This document shows, piece by piece, positions 23,195 to 33,887 of a stretch of 46,994 nucleotides of DNA. The notes under the pieces are model-generated. The model saw only the letters and a program-made list of their open reading frames with translations. It was not told the DNA's origin and ran no database searches. The translations under genes and the position numbers were made by a program. This DNA comes from Candidatus Methanobinarius endosymbioticus (GTDB taxonomy: Archaea > Methanobacteriota > Methanobacteria > Methanobacteriales > Methanobacteriaceae). Location: assembly GCA_003315655.1 (NCBI GenBank), contig NIZT01000029.1, positions 1-46,994 of the forward strand. The letters are read 5' to 3'. Every line of letters starts with the position of its first letter. The first letter of the stretch is position 1.

Positions 23195-23859
23195 ATGGAA
23201 AAAAAATAAGCTTTTTATATGTATTATGATTGTGAGTGCTATTGGAATATTAACTGTGGTGGGAGACGGCTTTTTCACAGGGCCTGATTTATCTTTAAGC
23301 AACAAAAATATATTAATATTAGCTAGTGACAAAACTGAACAACCTGGAGGCGGTGTGGACATGGTATTTATGGTTAGATTGGAAAATGGAAGTATAAAAA
23401 ATATGTTGTTGTATATCCAGGAGGGAGAACACATCCTACCCAACCAGCTCCAGGTAATCTTCAAAGAAAAATGCTTCTTCATGATTATCTATGGAATGGC
23501 CCAGAACAAGGAATGCAATATGCAAAAGAAATAGTTGAATCCGGTACTGGAAAAAAGTCACTGCAGTAGTAGTCGTTTATGATGAAGGTTTAGATTCTGT
23601 TATAGATTCTATGAGGCCACTTAAAATTGATGGAGAAGAAACTAATCTCAGTTCAACAGATATTGTAAGATAAAATGACAATTATTCTGATTATATTGGT
23701 AGAAATAATAGTATTACAGGAAATATGTCAAAAGGAGATTCAGTGATGATACTAGTTAAAGCACTTTCACAAGCCGCCACAGATCCAAGTAAAAGAAATA
23801 CTATGGTTCAAACAGCTTTAGATGAATATTCCAAAGGAAATATTATGATGAATCCATAA
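23195..23859 (+). pseudogene. Probable LytR-CpsA-Psr (LCP) family cell-envelope protein, with at least 3 frameshifts and 1 in-frame TAA.
   Basis: AGGTGG RBS, then ATG GAA AAAAAAAA TAA. Removing one A from the run gives MEKNKLFICIMIVSAIGILTVV (TM anchor). Downstream across frames: ..ILASDKTEQPGGGVDMVFMVRLENGSIKNM | VVYPGGRTHPTQPAPGN..YLWNGPEQGMQYAKEIVESGTGKK | VTAVVVVYDEGLDSVIDSMRPLKIDGEE..VR-TAA-NDNYSDYIGRNN.. This resembles the LCP core. The family call is tentative. Confidence 0.4.
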
Positions 23860-23928
23860 GGATCTTTTATGGGCTTATTAACTATAAAAGGACTTGAAAA
23901 TCTTACATAGCTAAAAATAAGATTTTAC

Positions 23929-23961
23929 AAATGAGTTAGTATTAAATAGACTAGCTCATTT
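23929..23961. terminator. 11-bp stem hairpin (aaatgagttag-N11-ctagctcattt, one G-U) followed by T-rich sequence, between convergent genes.
   Basis: Read directly from the sequence. It lies 3' of both the LCP pseudogene (+) and the MBL gene (-). Confidence 0.35.
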
Positions 23962-24109
23962 ACATATAAATTTTTAAAAAAATTATTTCTTTTAATTATT
24001 TTATTTTTTATCTTTAATTATATTTATTTAACTTTATTTTTTCATTAGCTATTATAATTAAATTAGATAAAAAAATACACCAATTTCTATTTTTAATGCA
24101 TTACAATTG

Positions 24110-24913
24110 TTAAACATCAATTAAATCAGTAGGATCGTCCTTTTGGGTGAAAGCTATAATATTAAGAGAATCTGAAAATAAACTGCACTTTTTAGATAAA
24201 ATATCCTTAACTGATTTTAATGCAATAGATTTATTATTGTGGTCATTACTCATATGAGATAATACAATAGTATGTATATTTTCATTAATACAATTAGATA
24301 AAACATTTCCACAGTCTTCATTAGACAAATGTCCAAGTTTACTAAGAATTCTTCGTTTATTAAATTCCGGTCGATTTCCATTTAAAAGTAAATCTACATC
24401 ATGATTACTTTCAATTAAATAAAGATCAGCGGATTTAAGTATTGACAAAAGTTCGCAGTTTACATGGCCAATATCTGATAAACATACTAATTTTTTATTT
24501 TTGTGTTCAATCATGTAAAATTGAGAGTTAACAGAGTCATGACTAGTAGAAAATGCAGTGAACTTTAAATTATCTAAAATAATACTTTCATCAGATTCTA
24601 TAAAATTTAATGAATCTGGATTTATAGAACCTGTTATTCTTTTAAATTTATCACAGGTCAGTGTATCTTTATTTCCATAGAGCAATGTGTCATGACAACG
24701 ATTAATAACTCCAACACCCCTTATGTGATCTACATGTTCATGAGAAACAAAAATAGCTTTAATAACACTTAAATTCTTATCAATTTTGTTTAAAAGAATT
24801 TCAGTTCGTTTTTTACTTAAACCTACATCTAGTAATATTGGAGTTTCATTGCTTTCTATATAAATAATATTTCCACTAGATCCACTGGCTAAAACAGATG
24901 ATTTTAAACTCAA
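24110..24913 (-). CDS. MBL-fold metallo-hydrolase (YycJ/PhnP-like beta-lactamase superfamily).
   Basis: N-terminus ..LASGSSGNIIYIES.. and the HxHxDH motif VSHEHVDHIRG, with further His/Asp ligands downstream. 267 aa, intact. Confidence 0.8.
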   Translation of the reverse strand: MSLKSSVLASGSSGNIIYIESNETPILLDVGLSKKRTEILLNKIDKNLSVIKAIFVSHEHVDHIRGVGVINRCHDTLLYGNKDTLTCDKFKRITGSINPDSLNFIESDESIILDNLKFTAFSTSHDSVNSQFYMIEHKNKKLVCLSDIGHVNCELLSILKSADLYLIESNHDVDLLLNGNRPEFNKRRILSKLGHLSNEDCGNVLSNCINENIHTIVLSHMSNDHNNKSIALKSVKDILSKKCSLFSDSLNIIAFTQKDDPTDLIDV

Positions 24914-25232
24914 ATTGACTCATCCTGATTAAATATATGTTTAATAATACATATTTAGAAAAAATACTTTAAAATAAAATAATTTATAATTAATCTTTAA
25001 AAAGTTTAAATTAATAATATATATTTAAATTATTAATACCTATTTAATAGGCAATTATTTTTTTATTATTAGTAATATAAATCTGTTAAATATTTAAATA
25101 ATATTTATTATATAATTTTATAATGAAATATGTAATATTATAATGATCATATAATAAATTGTAATTAATGATGTAATAACTATTAAAACATGATGATATA
25201 GAAATATAATTAGTTGATTAATATGTCGAAGG

Positions 25233-25820
25233 ATGAAAAACTCTAAAAAAGAATTAATAGATGAAAAACGTTGTGGTTGGGCAGGATCAGATCCTATTTA
25301 CATCAAATATCATGATGAAGAATGGGGAAAAGAAGTTACAGACGATCAAAAAATGTTTGAATTTATAGTATTGGAAAGTGCACAGGCAGTATTAAGCTGG
25401 ATAACAATCCTCAAGAGACGAAATGTTTATAAAAATGCTTTTGCAAATTTTGATCTAGAAAAAGTGTCTAAAATGACTGAAAAGGATGTTGAACGCTTAA
25501 TAGAAGAAGGAGAAATTATTCACCACAGAGGAAAGATAGAAGCTACAATAATCAATACCCAACATTTTTTAGAAATAAAAAAAGAATTTGGTAGCTTTTG
25601 TGATTATTTAAAATCATTTTTACCAGATGATAAGCCTATTGTTTATCATGGGAAAACATTAGATGAAATTCCTGCTTCAACACCTTTATCTGAGACAATA
25701 GCTAAAGATATGAAAAAACGAGGCTTTAAATTTTTTGGACCAGTAATCTGTTATGCTCATTTACAAGCAACAGGTTATATAAATGATCATTTAGAAGAAT
25801 GTCCATTTAAATATGATTAA
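25233..25820 (+). CDS. tag: DNA-3-methyladenine glycosylase I (Tag).
   Basis: CGWAGSDPIYIKYHDEEWGKEV..FEFIVLESAQAVLSWITILKRRNVYKNAF..IIHHRGKIEA.. is collinear with bacterial Tag, including the Zn-binding Cys/His positions. Confidence 0.8.
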   Translation: MKNSKKELIDEKRCGWAGSDPIYIKYHDEEWGKEVTDDQKMFEFIVLESAQAVLSWITILKRRNVYKNAFANFDLEKVSKMTEKDVERLIEEGEIIHHRGKIEATIINTQHFLEIKKEFGSFCDYLKSFLPDDKPIVYHGKTLDEIPASTPLSETIAKDMKKRGFKFFGPVICYAHLQATGYINDHLEECPFKYD

Positions 25821-25981
25821 ATTAGTTCAATGTGTCATTTTAATAATAAATAGAATAATAAAAATAGTAAAATTATGATAATTTGAGTTTGATTTAAAAT
25901 CATTTGATTATTTGATCTTGAGATATTGTAATCATGAGTTAGTGTGATCATTAACTATATTTAAAATATTTATTTAATAAA

Positions 25982-26624
25982 TTAAATAAATATTTTATTT
26001 TTATAATGCATTTCTATTGCAAATGATATTATATCATATATTAGGTGCATTATGAATGATACAAAGACGTTTTTAGTTTTTAGATACCCATACATTATAA
26101 AAAGAGAAATTAATCCTTGTAGAAGTATTACTGATATGATATTTCCATAAGCAGGTAAATGTAATATTCCAAAAATTAATAGAGTTATGTTGGTTGATAT
26201 TGTAATACTTAATTTTCTATTTTCAGTTATTTTATAAAATAAAGTTAATAAAATTAAAAATGGTATTATTTTTATTAATTCTTCACCAAATATTTGGAAT
26301 GGAAATATTAGCCAGAAAAAGAGAGATCCTATTTCAATATCTGCAGAATTAACATGAATATGTAAATTTAATCCTTTAATTAGAATAAAACCTACTACTA
26401 TAATAAAAATAAATTGTAGAATGACTATAGTAATAATAATTTTAATAATTTTTTTGAAGTTTTTTACAGATTAAATTATATTTCCAGTTTGCTACAAATC
26501 CAAATACCAAAAAAGGCATTATGAAATACAAAAGGCTTTCAGCTCTAACCACTAAATGAATAAGGAATTAAAATCAATATCATGGAATTATCACAGATAT
26601 AGCTAATAAAATCCAATTCCCCAT
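25982..26624 (-). pseudogene. CPBP-family intramembrane metalloprotease (CAAX protease / Abi-like), with N-terminal frameshifts and stops. It is not in the supplied ORF track.
   Basis: Reverse-strand translation gives ..IFGEELIKIIPF.. (EExxxR-like motif 1), ..LLIFGILHLPAYGN.. (FxxxH motif 2) and ..SFIMHLIYDIISF.. (HxxxD/N motif 3) in one frame without an ATG. The upstream MGNWILLAISVIIP.. lies in another frame, with TGA/TAA between. Confidence 0.55.
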
Positions 26625-27017
26625 GCTTAATTTAGGATTATTTTTATAAAAAGGAAAATCTAACCCTTTTCTTTCAAATTTAAAAATTCAGATTTCTTAT
26701 CAGAATTTATGTCTTTCAATTTATCACCTTAAAATATTCTTGCTTATAATAATTAAAATAAACTAAAATTATTTTAATCATTCAATTATAAAATTATAAA
26801 GTTTATAAAGTTATTATCTATGTAACAAGTATATTATATTTAATTGGTTAAAAATATATAAAATTAAATTATTCTCATATTAAATTATCCCTTTCAATGA
26901 AAGTTTAATTATAGAATTTTATTTATAAATTTACTAAAAAAGAATAAATAAGAATATAATAAGGAATAGATAAGGATAAAATAATTAATTTATCCTAAAA
27001 CTAAAAATTGTTTATAA

Positions 27018-28970
27018 TTATTGTTTTTTATATGTTAATCCTAAACTAGCTAACAAGACTAAAATAATAGCTAATATATGTATGCTTGTTGGTTTCATAC
27101 TTGCATTTACATTATTTTCAATTGGATTTTTCTTGGTTTTATTTGTTTCATTTTTATCCGGATTTGGTATTGGTGGAACTGGAGGAACTGGAAGAACAGG
27201 AGGTTCTGGTTCTTGAGGCAAGCTAACATTTAATATTATATCTTCATCATCAGATAAAGATTGAATACTGTAAACAACTTTACCTTTAACAAAGTAGCTT
27301 AAACTAGTATTACAAATATCAGCAGTTCTTATTTCTCTATTTGGACCAATAATAGTTACCATGAATTCTGGTAGCTGATTTGGATCATGTTCTGTTGGGA
27401 TATTTGTAGATAATTCGTATTTTAATGTTGCATTGTAACGATTTTGATAATTCTTAGTGGCATTTTTAAGTGTTTCTATTTCTTCAGCTGATAATTTGAG
27501 AACATACCATGTTTTAATTGGGTTAAAACCAGTGAAGTTGAAATTTGGAAAATTAAGTCCCCACCAATTTAATTCAGCACTATTGTTAGCTACAGAATCC
27601 ATTACAATTATTTGATTTTGTATTATTATAAATACGATTATAGGTTATGTTAGTGTTGTTAAGATAGTCAAATAGTCCTTCTAAATATATTCCAATATTA
27701 TTGTTTATTATATCATTAGATTTGATATTATTATTTTAATGAATTTTGAGAAATACTATTTTTATTAAATTCAGAATAAAAATATGATGAATTGGAGCCT
27801 AAACTAATTCTTATTAAATTATTATAAAGAGTGTTATTTTTTATAAAGTTATTATCAGCAATACCATAAATTGAGACATGATATATATTCCACGTTTTAT
27901 TGTTTGTAATTATATTTTTTTCAATAATATTATTGTTTATTATTGAATATATTGTGTTGTTGTTATTTAAACCAACAGCCAAATAATATTCCATTTTCAT
28001 CATTATTATCAATAATATTATTTTTTACAGTATTGTTAATTATATATCCTATATAAAAATCTCCACCAACTTTTAAATAAATACCATTATCAGAATTATT
28101 TTTTGTAACATTATCTGTTATGGTGTTATTTTTAATATTAGGAAATCCTTTGATATAAATACCATTTCCATCGTTATTATTTCCAGTGTTATTACTTACA
28201 GTACTATTTTCAAAAAAGTTACCATTAAAAGAAATTCCACCCCAACTATTATTATTTCCAGTGTTATTTTTTAATATGAAATGATCCATAATATACAGAA
28301 CCACCTATTCCATAATATTTATTATTATTATTAGCTATATTATTCGATACAATACCATTATTTATCACAGATGCTCCAATTGAAATTCCGTATTCTCCAT
28401 TATTATTACCAATATTTCGAGATATTATTGTATTTGAACTATCATAAGCATCATATAAGTAAATTCCAGTCCATAAGTTGTTATTTACCGTATTATTCAT
28501 AATAATAGTATCTGTGAGATTATCTTTATGATAACGGATAGAAGGTATTATATAAATACCATAGGCATTTTTAATTAAATTATTATTTGTTATGGTTGTT
28601 TTACTTGAATTAAAAAATATACCACAGTAATAATTTTCAAAATAAAACCCAAAAATATTCACATGGGTACTGTAATGTTTAATAGTGTAGGACATGAATA
28701 CTTATAACCATCCCATTTTCCAATGCATTTAGTCTGTTTATTTGATTTAATATTCAGTGATTTATTGATTTTAATCTCCCAATCACACTGATCAATGTCA
28801 AATATTACTGTAGATCCTTCATCAGCAGCATTCATCCAATTATTCATATTATAATGATCAATTGTTCTATTATCAGTTATTGTATAGTTAGCTGCACTAA
28901 CTGAGCTTATAAATACTGTTAAAGTTGTTAAGACTAATAAAATAATTAGAATATTTTTTATTTTTTTCAA
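27018..28970 (-). pseudogene. Adhesin-like surface protein D (NosD-like right-handed beta-helix repeats), fragmented into at least 5 frames.
   Basis: TTG start at 28970 with a GGAGGTGA RBS 5 nt upstream. Signal peptide (M)KKIKNILIILLVLTTLTVFISSVSAAN. Asn-rich beta-helix repeats ..NNSWGGISFNGNFFENSTVSNNTGNNNDGNGIYIKG... C-terminal PP-rich linker PEPPVLPVPPVPPIPNP, then KPTSIHILAIILVLLASLGLTYKKQ*. Confidence 0.7.
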
Positions 28971-29163
28971 ATTTTCACCTCCCTGTTTTTATCATATAAT
29001 ACTATATAATTAAAACTATAAAAAATATACTATTCAGTCGGTATTCAAATAGATAAAATGAAATTATAAAATAATATATTGAATATAAATAATGATAAAA
29101 ATTATGAAAAAATGAAAAATGAAAATAAATAAAAATATAATTAATATTTAATTGAGAATAAAT

Positions 29164-29427
29164 TCAATAAATTTTGTTATTAAGATAAGCAAAATTTATC
29201 ACAGTTATATCATTTTTATCAACAGAAGTAGAACCAATTTTATAGACATTTTGATCTGCTTTTTTATTATAATATTGTCCAATTTTATTCGTAAATACTG
29301 CTAATATAGCGAAATAGATAATAACAAAAATAAATGTCCCTATAACACCCATGCCCTCATTGTTTATTGATTCATTAATCCATAGTATAAAATTTAACAA
29401 TAATGGATTGGTTATAATTATAATCAA
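29164..29427 (-). CDS. Small membrane protein (hypothetical).
   Basis: 87-aa ORF with 2 predicted TM helices. No recognisable domain. Confidence 0.3.
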   Translation of the reverse strand: MIIIITNPLLLNFILWINESINNEGMGVIGTFIFVIIYFAILAVFTNKIGQYYNKKADQNVYKIGSTSVDKNDITVINFAYLNNKIY

Positions 29428-29670
29428 TAATAAGAAAAATACACTTAATGTAATAGTTAATATTTCAAAATATTCTTATTCATAATTTATGAATCTCCTA
29501 ATTAAATAATTATGTTATTATTAGCTAAATTAGTATATAAAATTGTATGTTAATCCTCAACTTATATTTTCAATTTTAAGAATTAAAAGAGTAATTATCA
29601 TCAAATTCTATTTTAATTAAAAATAAATACATTTTAAAGATATTGATGAATAAAATTAAAAAATAATTAA

Positions 29671-30762
29671 TTAAGTAATTATTTTCTCTATTCCACCTTC
29701 TTTAAGAGCTGTTTTTATTTCTCTAGAAACTCTTCTACCCATACTCATTGGTTCTCCATAAGTAAGGTAGCTATAAGCAGACCCATTCAGGAAGGTATTT
29801 GTTCCACCATCAGTTCTTGCACTGATTTCAAAGACAATGACTTCTAAATCATCGTTAACTAAAGTTTGCATACAGAAAGGTCCATTCATTCCAGGAGAAA
29901 CTAACTTTGATGCTGCTTCAACTAGCTTATCACCAATTTCAAATACTTGTGGAAGGAGTGATTCTCTCATTACTACTGGATGATTACCTGTTATAACATA
30001 AGAAGGATCTAAGTTTACATCTAATTGATCTTTAGCTGGCATTCTTACTAATCCATCAATACTGGATTCATAACGACTATCTATTCCCATAAGTTCTACT
30101 TCGTCTTTTAAAGCTGAGTAGAAATAATGTATACAATAATTACATCCTGTCACATATTCTTCAATATGTGCTTGAACTACATCAGAATCTTCAATCCAGT
30201 CTCTAGCTTTCATAACTTCTATCTTTTTATCAAATTCTTCAGGTGAAGAAGCTACAAAGTATCCTCGTCCTCCCCTTGCACCAGGGAATTTAACCATAAC
30301 TGTCCTATCAATGTCTTTTGGACTATCATATTTATAAGGTATTCTTATATCATTTTTAACTAAAAGTTGTCTTTCAAGATCTCTTTCAGCTTCCCATCTT
30401 AAGATGTCTCTGTTTCCAAACATTGGTACATTAAAGTCATCTTCAACTCTATCAAGACCTGCATATGCTACAAAAGATCCATGAGGAACAACTATTGCAT
30501 TCATATCTCTAAGTTTTTGTTGAACATCTTCGTTTACAATGTCTTTAAATTCATCTACCATTATGTATTCATCAGCTACATTGAATCTTTTATAAGGTAC
30601 ATCTCTTCCTTTTTCACAAACTATAGCAGTATTGAACCCTTCTGCTTTAGCTCCATTTAATATGTGGAGTGATGTATGACTTCCAAGTGTAGCTATTGTA
30701 ATATCATTTTTGTCATATTTATCTAAGATATCTAATATATCTTGTTTTTTTATCTTTCCCAT
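29671..30762 (-). CDS. purP: 5-formaminoimidazole-4-carboxamide ribonucleotide (FAICAR) synthetase PurP (ATP-grasp; archaeal purine biosynthesis).
   Basis: 363 aa. ..IATLGSHTSLHILNGAKAEGFNT..VCEKGRDVPYKRF.. and the ATP-grasp core are collinear with archaeal PurP (MJ0136-like). Confidence 0.8.
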   Translation of the reverse strand: MGKIKKQDILDILDKYDKNDITIATLGSHTSLHILNGAKAEGFNTAIVCEKGRDVPYKRFNVADEYIMVDEFKDIVNEDVQQKLRDMNAIVVPHGSFVAYAGLDRVEDDFNVPMFGNRDILRWEAERDLERQLLVKNDIRIPYKYDSPKDIDRTVMVKFPGARGGRGYFVASSPEEFDKKIEVMKARDWIEDSDVVQAHIEEYVTGCNYCIHYFYSALKDEVELMGIDSRYESSIDGLVRMPAKDQLDVNLDPSYVITGNHPVVMRESLLPQVFEIGDKLVEAASKLVSPGMNGPFCMQTLVNDDLEVIVFEISARTDGGTNTFLNGSAYSYLTYGEPMSMGRRVSREIKTALKEGGIEKIIT

Positions 30763-31078
30763 GATTTTTTCTCCTTGTAAGACTATAGCTCTTCATTTTC
30801 ATTTAAATGCAAATATGATAATTACTATATTTTAATTATTTAATCGCATCACACAATATCTAATTAAAAACTGTAAAAAATTTAAAATAATTAATAATGA
30901 TAATTCGTATTAATTTATTGCATTTTATACTTTATAATATTATCGATACGTTTCTCAAGAGTATTACCAATGCAAAAAAGGATAGTACCATAGGGCGATC
31001 ATGAATATAATTAGTATTACTATAATAGTAAACTGAAAGGATACTAATATAAGTCTTAATCAGCTCATAATCCACGTA

Positions 31079-31109
31079 TATGAATTCTTAATAAACAATC
31101 AAATTCATA
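31079..31109. promoter_or_regulatory. 8-bp inverted repeat TATGAATT-N15-AATTCATA in the 523-bp intergenic region upstream of the metallophosphoesterase gene.
   Basis: Read directly from the sequence. Confidence 0.2.
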
Positions 31110-31286
31110 GAATAGCTAAATAAGTAAGTAAAAAACCTTTAAAAATGTCCAATAGAACAAAAATCAATAATTAAAAAACAAATTATTACTAAAAAACATC
31201 ACAACAATAGAAGAAATTTATAAATACTATTGAAAACAAATATAAGTGTGATAGTTGAATAAAAGAAAGAAAAATAAAGAGATAAT

Positions 31287-31805
31287 ATGATAATCGGAGT
31301 AATTTCAGACACACATATTCCAGATAGAACAGAACAAATTCCTCCAACTGTTTTAGAAATATTTAAAAATGTTGACCTTATTATGCATGCTGGAGATTTA
31401 ACTTCAATGGGAGTTAAAGAAGAGTTAGAAAAAATAGCTCCAGTATTAGCTGTTCAAGGAAATATAGATAGAGTACATAATTTAGATCTTCCAGTAAGTT
31501 TAAAAACAGAAATCGAAGGAATAACTATTGGAATCAAACATGGTGAAGTGTATCCTAAAGGAAATACACAACAGCTATACTATATAGCTAAAGAACTGGA
31601 AGTAAAAGTTTTAGTTAGTGGACATACTCATAAGGCAGCTATTGAACAAATAGATGATGTACTCTTATTAAACCCAGGAAGTCCAACAGCTCCAAGATTA
31701 ACTGATCCAACTGTAATATTAGTAACAATAGAAGATGGAGAAATTGATGTTGAAATTAAAAAAGTAGGAAAATCAGCCTGTTCAGCACTAAATTTTGAAA
31801 AATAA
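31287..31805 (+). CDS. Metallophosphoesterase (YfcE / MJ0936-family phosphodiesterase).
   Basis: MIIGVISDTHIPDR.. (DxH), ..MHAGDLTS.. (GD), ..GNID.. and ..GHTHK.. form the complete calcineurin-like motif set. 172 aa. Confidence 0.85.
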   Translation: MIIGVISDTHIPDRTEQIPPTVLEIFKNVDLIMHAGDLTSMGVKEELEKIAPVLAVQGNIDRVHNLDLPVSLKTEIEGITIGIKHGEVYPKGNTQQLYYIAKELEVKVLVSGHTHKAAIEQIDDVLLLNPGSPTAPRLTDPTVILVTIEDGEIDVEIKKVGKSACSALNFEK

Positions 31806-31895
31806 TATCATTTACAATAATAATTTTATAATTAAAAATAATTAATTAATTTAATTTATAATACAAAAACAAAACACACGATAAGGAAAGATAGA

Positions 31896-32504
31896 ATGGG
31901 AAATAAATGGCAAGTAGAAAAAAAGAAAGATCCTTATTACAAAAGAGCTAAAGGTGAAGACTATAGATCCAGGGCTTCCTTCAAATTATTACAGCTAGAT
32001 AAAAAATATAAAATAATAAAAAAAGGGAGTGCTGTTTTAGATCTTGGAGCTACTCCTGGTGGTTGGTCACAAATAGCTCTTGAAAAAGTAGATGAAGGAG
32101 GAATCGTTTTAGGAGTAGATTTACAAAAAATCAAACCATTTCCTGAACTTAATTTCCATTTTATAAGAGGAAATTTCACCCAAGTTCCTGTTCAACAAAA
32201 GATGATTGATATTTTAGATGGAAAAGCTGATGTAATAATTTCAGATGCATCTCCATCTCTCAGCGGCATTAAAGACGTTGATCATTTACGTTCAATTGAC
32301 CTTGCAAATTGTGTAATAGATATAGCTGATAATATTCTTGAAACAAATGGAAATCTTTTGATCAAAGTATTTCAAGGTGAAGAATTCAAAAACCTCATTG
32401 ATGGAATGAGAAAAAAGTTCAAAATATTTAAAACAACAAAACCATCTTCTTCAAGAAAAAAAAGCTCAGAAATGTATGTTATAGGATTAAAATATAAAGG
32501 ATAA
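31896..32504 (+). CDS. rlmE: 23S rRNA (uridine-2'-O)-methyltransferase RlmE/FtsJ.
   Basis: ..YRSRASFKLLQLDKKYKIIKKGSAVLDLGATPGGWSQ.. is the SAM-binding motif. The catalytic K-D-K-E context is present. 202 aa. Confidence 0.9.
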   Translation: MGNKWQVEKKKDPYYKRAKGEDYRSRASFKLLQLDKKYKIIKKGSAVLDLGATPGGWSQIALEKVDEGGIVLGVDLQKIKPFPELNFHFIRGNFTQVPVQQKMIDILDGKADVIISDASPSLSGIKDVDHLRSIDLANCVIDIADNILETNGNLLIKVFQGEEFKNLIDGMRKKFKIFKTTKPSSSRKKSSEMYVIGLKYKG

Positions 32505-32545
32505 ATAGATTCTAGATAAATAATAAATAAAAAAAGTAGATCCAT

Positions 32546-32755
32546 ATGGCCATTGCCAAAATATTAAATTATGAATATGATTCAGAACTTGATGCTTTAT
32601 ATATTAAAAATAGAGATTATGATAGTCCAAAAGCTACTTCATTAACTGATAATATCATGTTAGATTTAACTGAAAAAGAAGAAGTTGTAGGTTTAGAAAT
32701 AATAAATATTTCTCATAGCTTAAACACTAGTGTTCAAAATCTTGAAAAATATTAA
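32546..32755 (+). CDS. DUF2283-family small protein.
   Basis: 69 aa. ..ELDALYIKNRDYDSPKATSL..EEVVGLEIINIS.. matches the DUF2283 pattern (D-x-LYI ... G-IE-I). No DUF4258 partner is adjacent. Confidence 0.45.
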   Translation: MAIAKILNYEYDSELDALYIKNRDYDSPKATSLTDNIMLDLTEKEEVVGLEIINISHSLNTSVQNLEKY

Positions 32756-33238
32756 GAGTATAGATTTAACTATCAAAATTATTAAATATCAAATAATTAT
32801 TAGTGTGATTTTTACTATAAATATTCTCAAAATCATGACGAGTTTAAAATCATGAATAAGATTGTTTTAAATGATAATAATCTCCCAATAATGGATACAA
32901 AATCAGCAACTGTATAATCATATTATTTTTATATTTATTTCAAATTTTCATTAATGAATAAATTTTATAATATTAATTAATAACAAACTACAAGATCAAA
33001 ACGTTAATAATATCATGATTATATCTAATTTCTAGGAGAGAGTACTATAGATACTAAAATAAACACTAAATATCAAAGAGCTAAAATAGTAGTTGAAGAA
33101 TTAAGAAAATTTTACCTACAAATCTTACTTTTTCTTGGTTTATTTATTTTTATTATTTTTAAAAGCTTTTTTAGAGGTAGCTATTCCATAAATGATTTTG
33201 CTCCTTCACTTACAAATACTGGTGCTATAGAAGGAAGT

Positions 33239-33706
33239 ATGGAAGGAGGCATGATGGTTCAAAATCCATTGTTCATAATTAGCTATGTAGGATCTGTTTT
33301 TTGTATAATTTTATTATATAAATATTTAAAGATATACAGACTAAAGAAACAATTTAAAGATCAAGAAAAAGGGAACAGAAAGCTTAAAAGATATATGAAA
33401 ACAGATGAACTTCCTAAAAAAGAGGAAGTTTATAATAATTTTCTTGGAGATAAAAAAATATTAGGGAAGGGTTTTTATCTTAGAATAGCTTATTTAATTT
33501 CTGTAGTTGGTCTTTTAATAATTATAAATACTTATTATTTTAAATTAGTATTTTTAGATATTTTAATAATTTTTGTTATTTTAAACTTAATTTATAGATA
33601 CATATTCTTAACTCACTTAGATAAAAAAATATTCAATGAAAGGTGGGAAAAAGAAAAAATAAAAAAGTATATGGATGAATATATATTTAATGAAACAAAT
33701 GAATGA
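33239..33706 (+). CDS. Hypothetical membrane protein (2-3 TM helices, Lys-rich loops).
   Basis: 155-aa ORF. No recognisable domain. Confidence 0.35.
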   Translation: MEGGMMVQNPLFIISYVGSVFCIILLYKYLKIYRLKKQFKDQEKGNRKLKRYMKTDELPKKEEVYNNFLGDKKILGKGFYLRIAYLISVVGLLIIINTYYFKLVFLDILIIFVILNLIYRYIFLTHLDKKIFNERWEKEKIKKYMDEYIFNETNE

Positions 33707-33887
33707 TATAATTAGCTAAAAAAGAGAACAACAGGTAAAAATAGATAAAAAATATAAAAAATAATATAATTAGCTAAAAATAAAAAAGTATAGTGAAATT
33801 AAATAAAAATAATATTAAATTTAGATAATTAAATAATAATAAAATAAATAAAATAATTATAATAAAGAATAAAAAATTAGATAGTAA

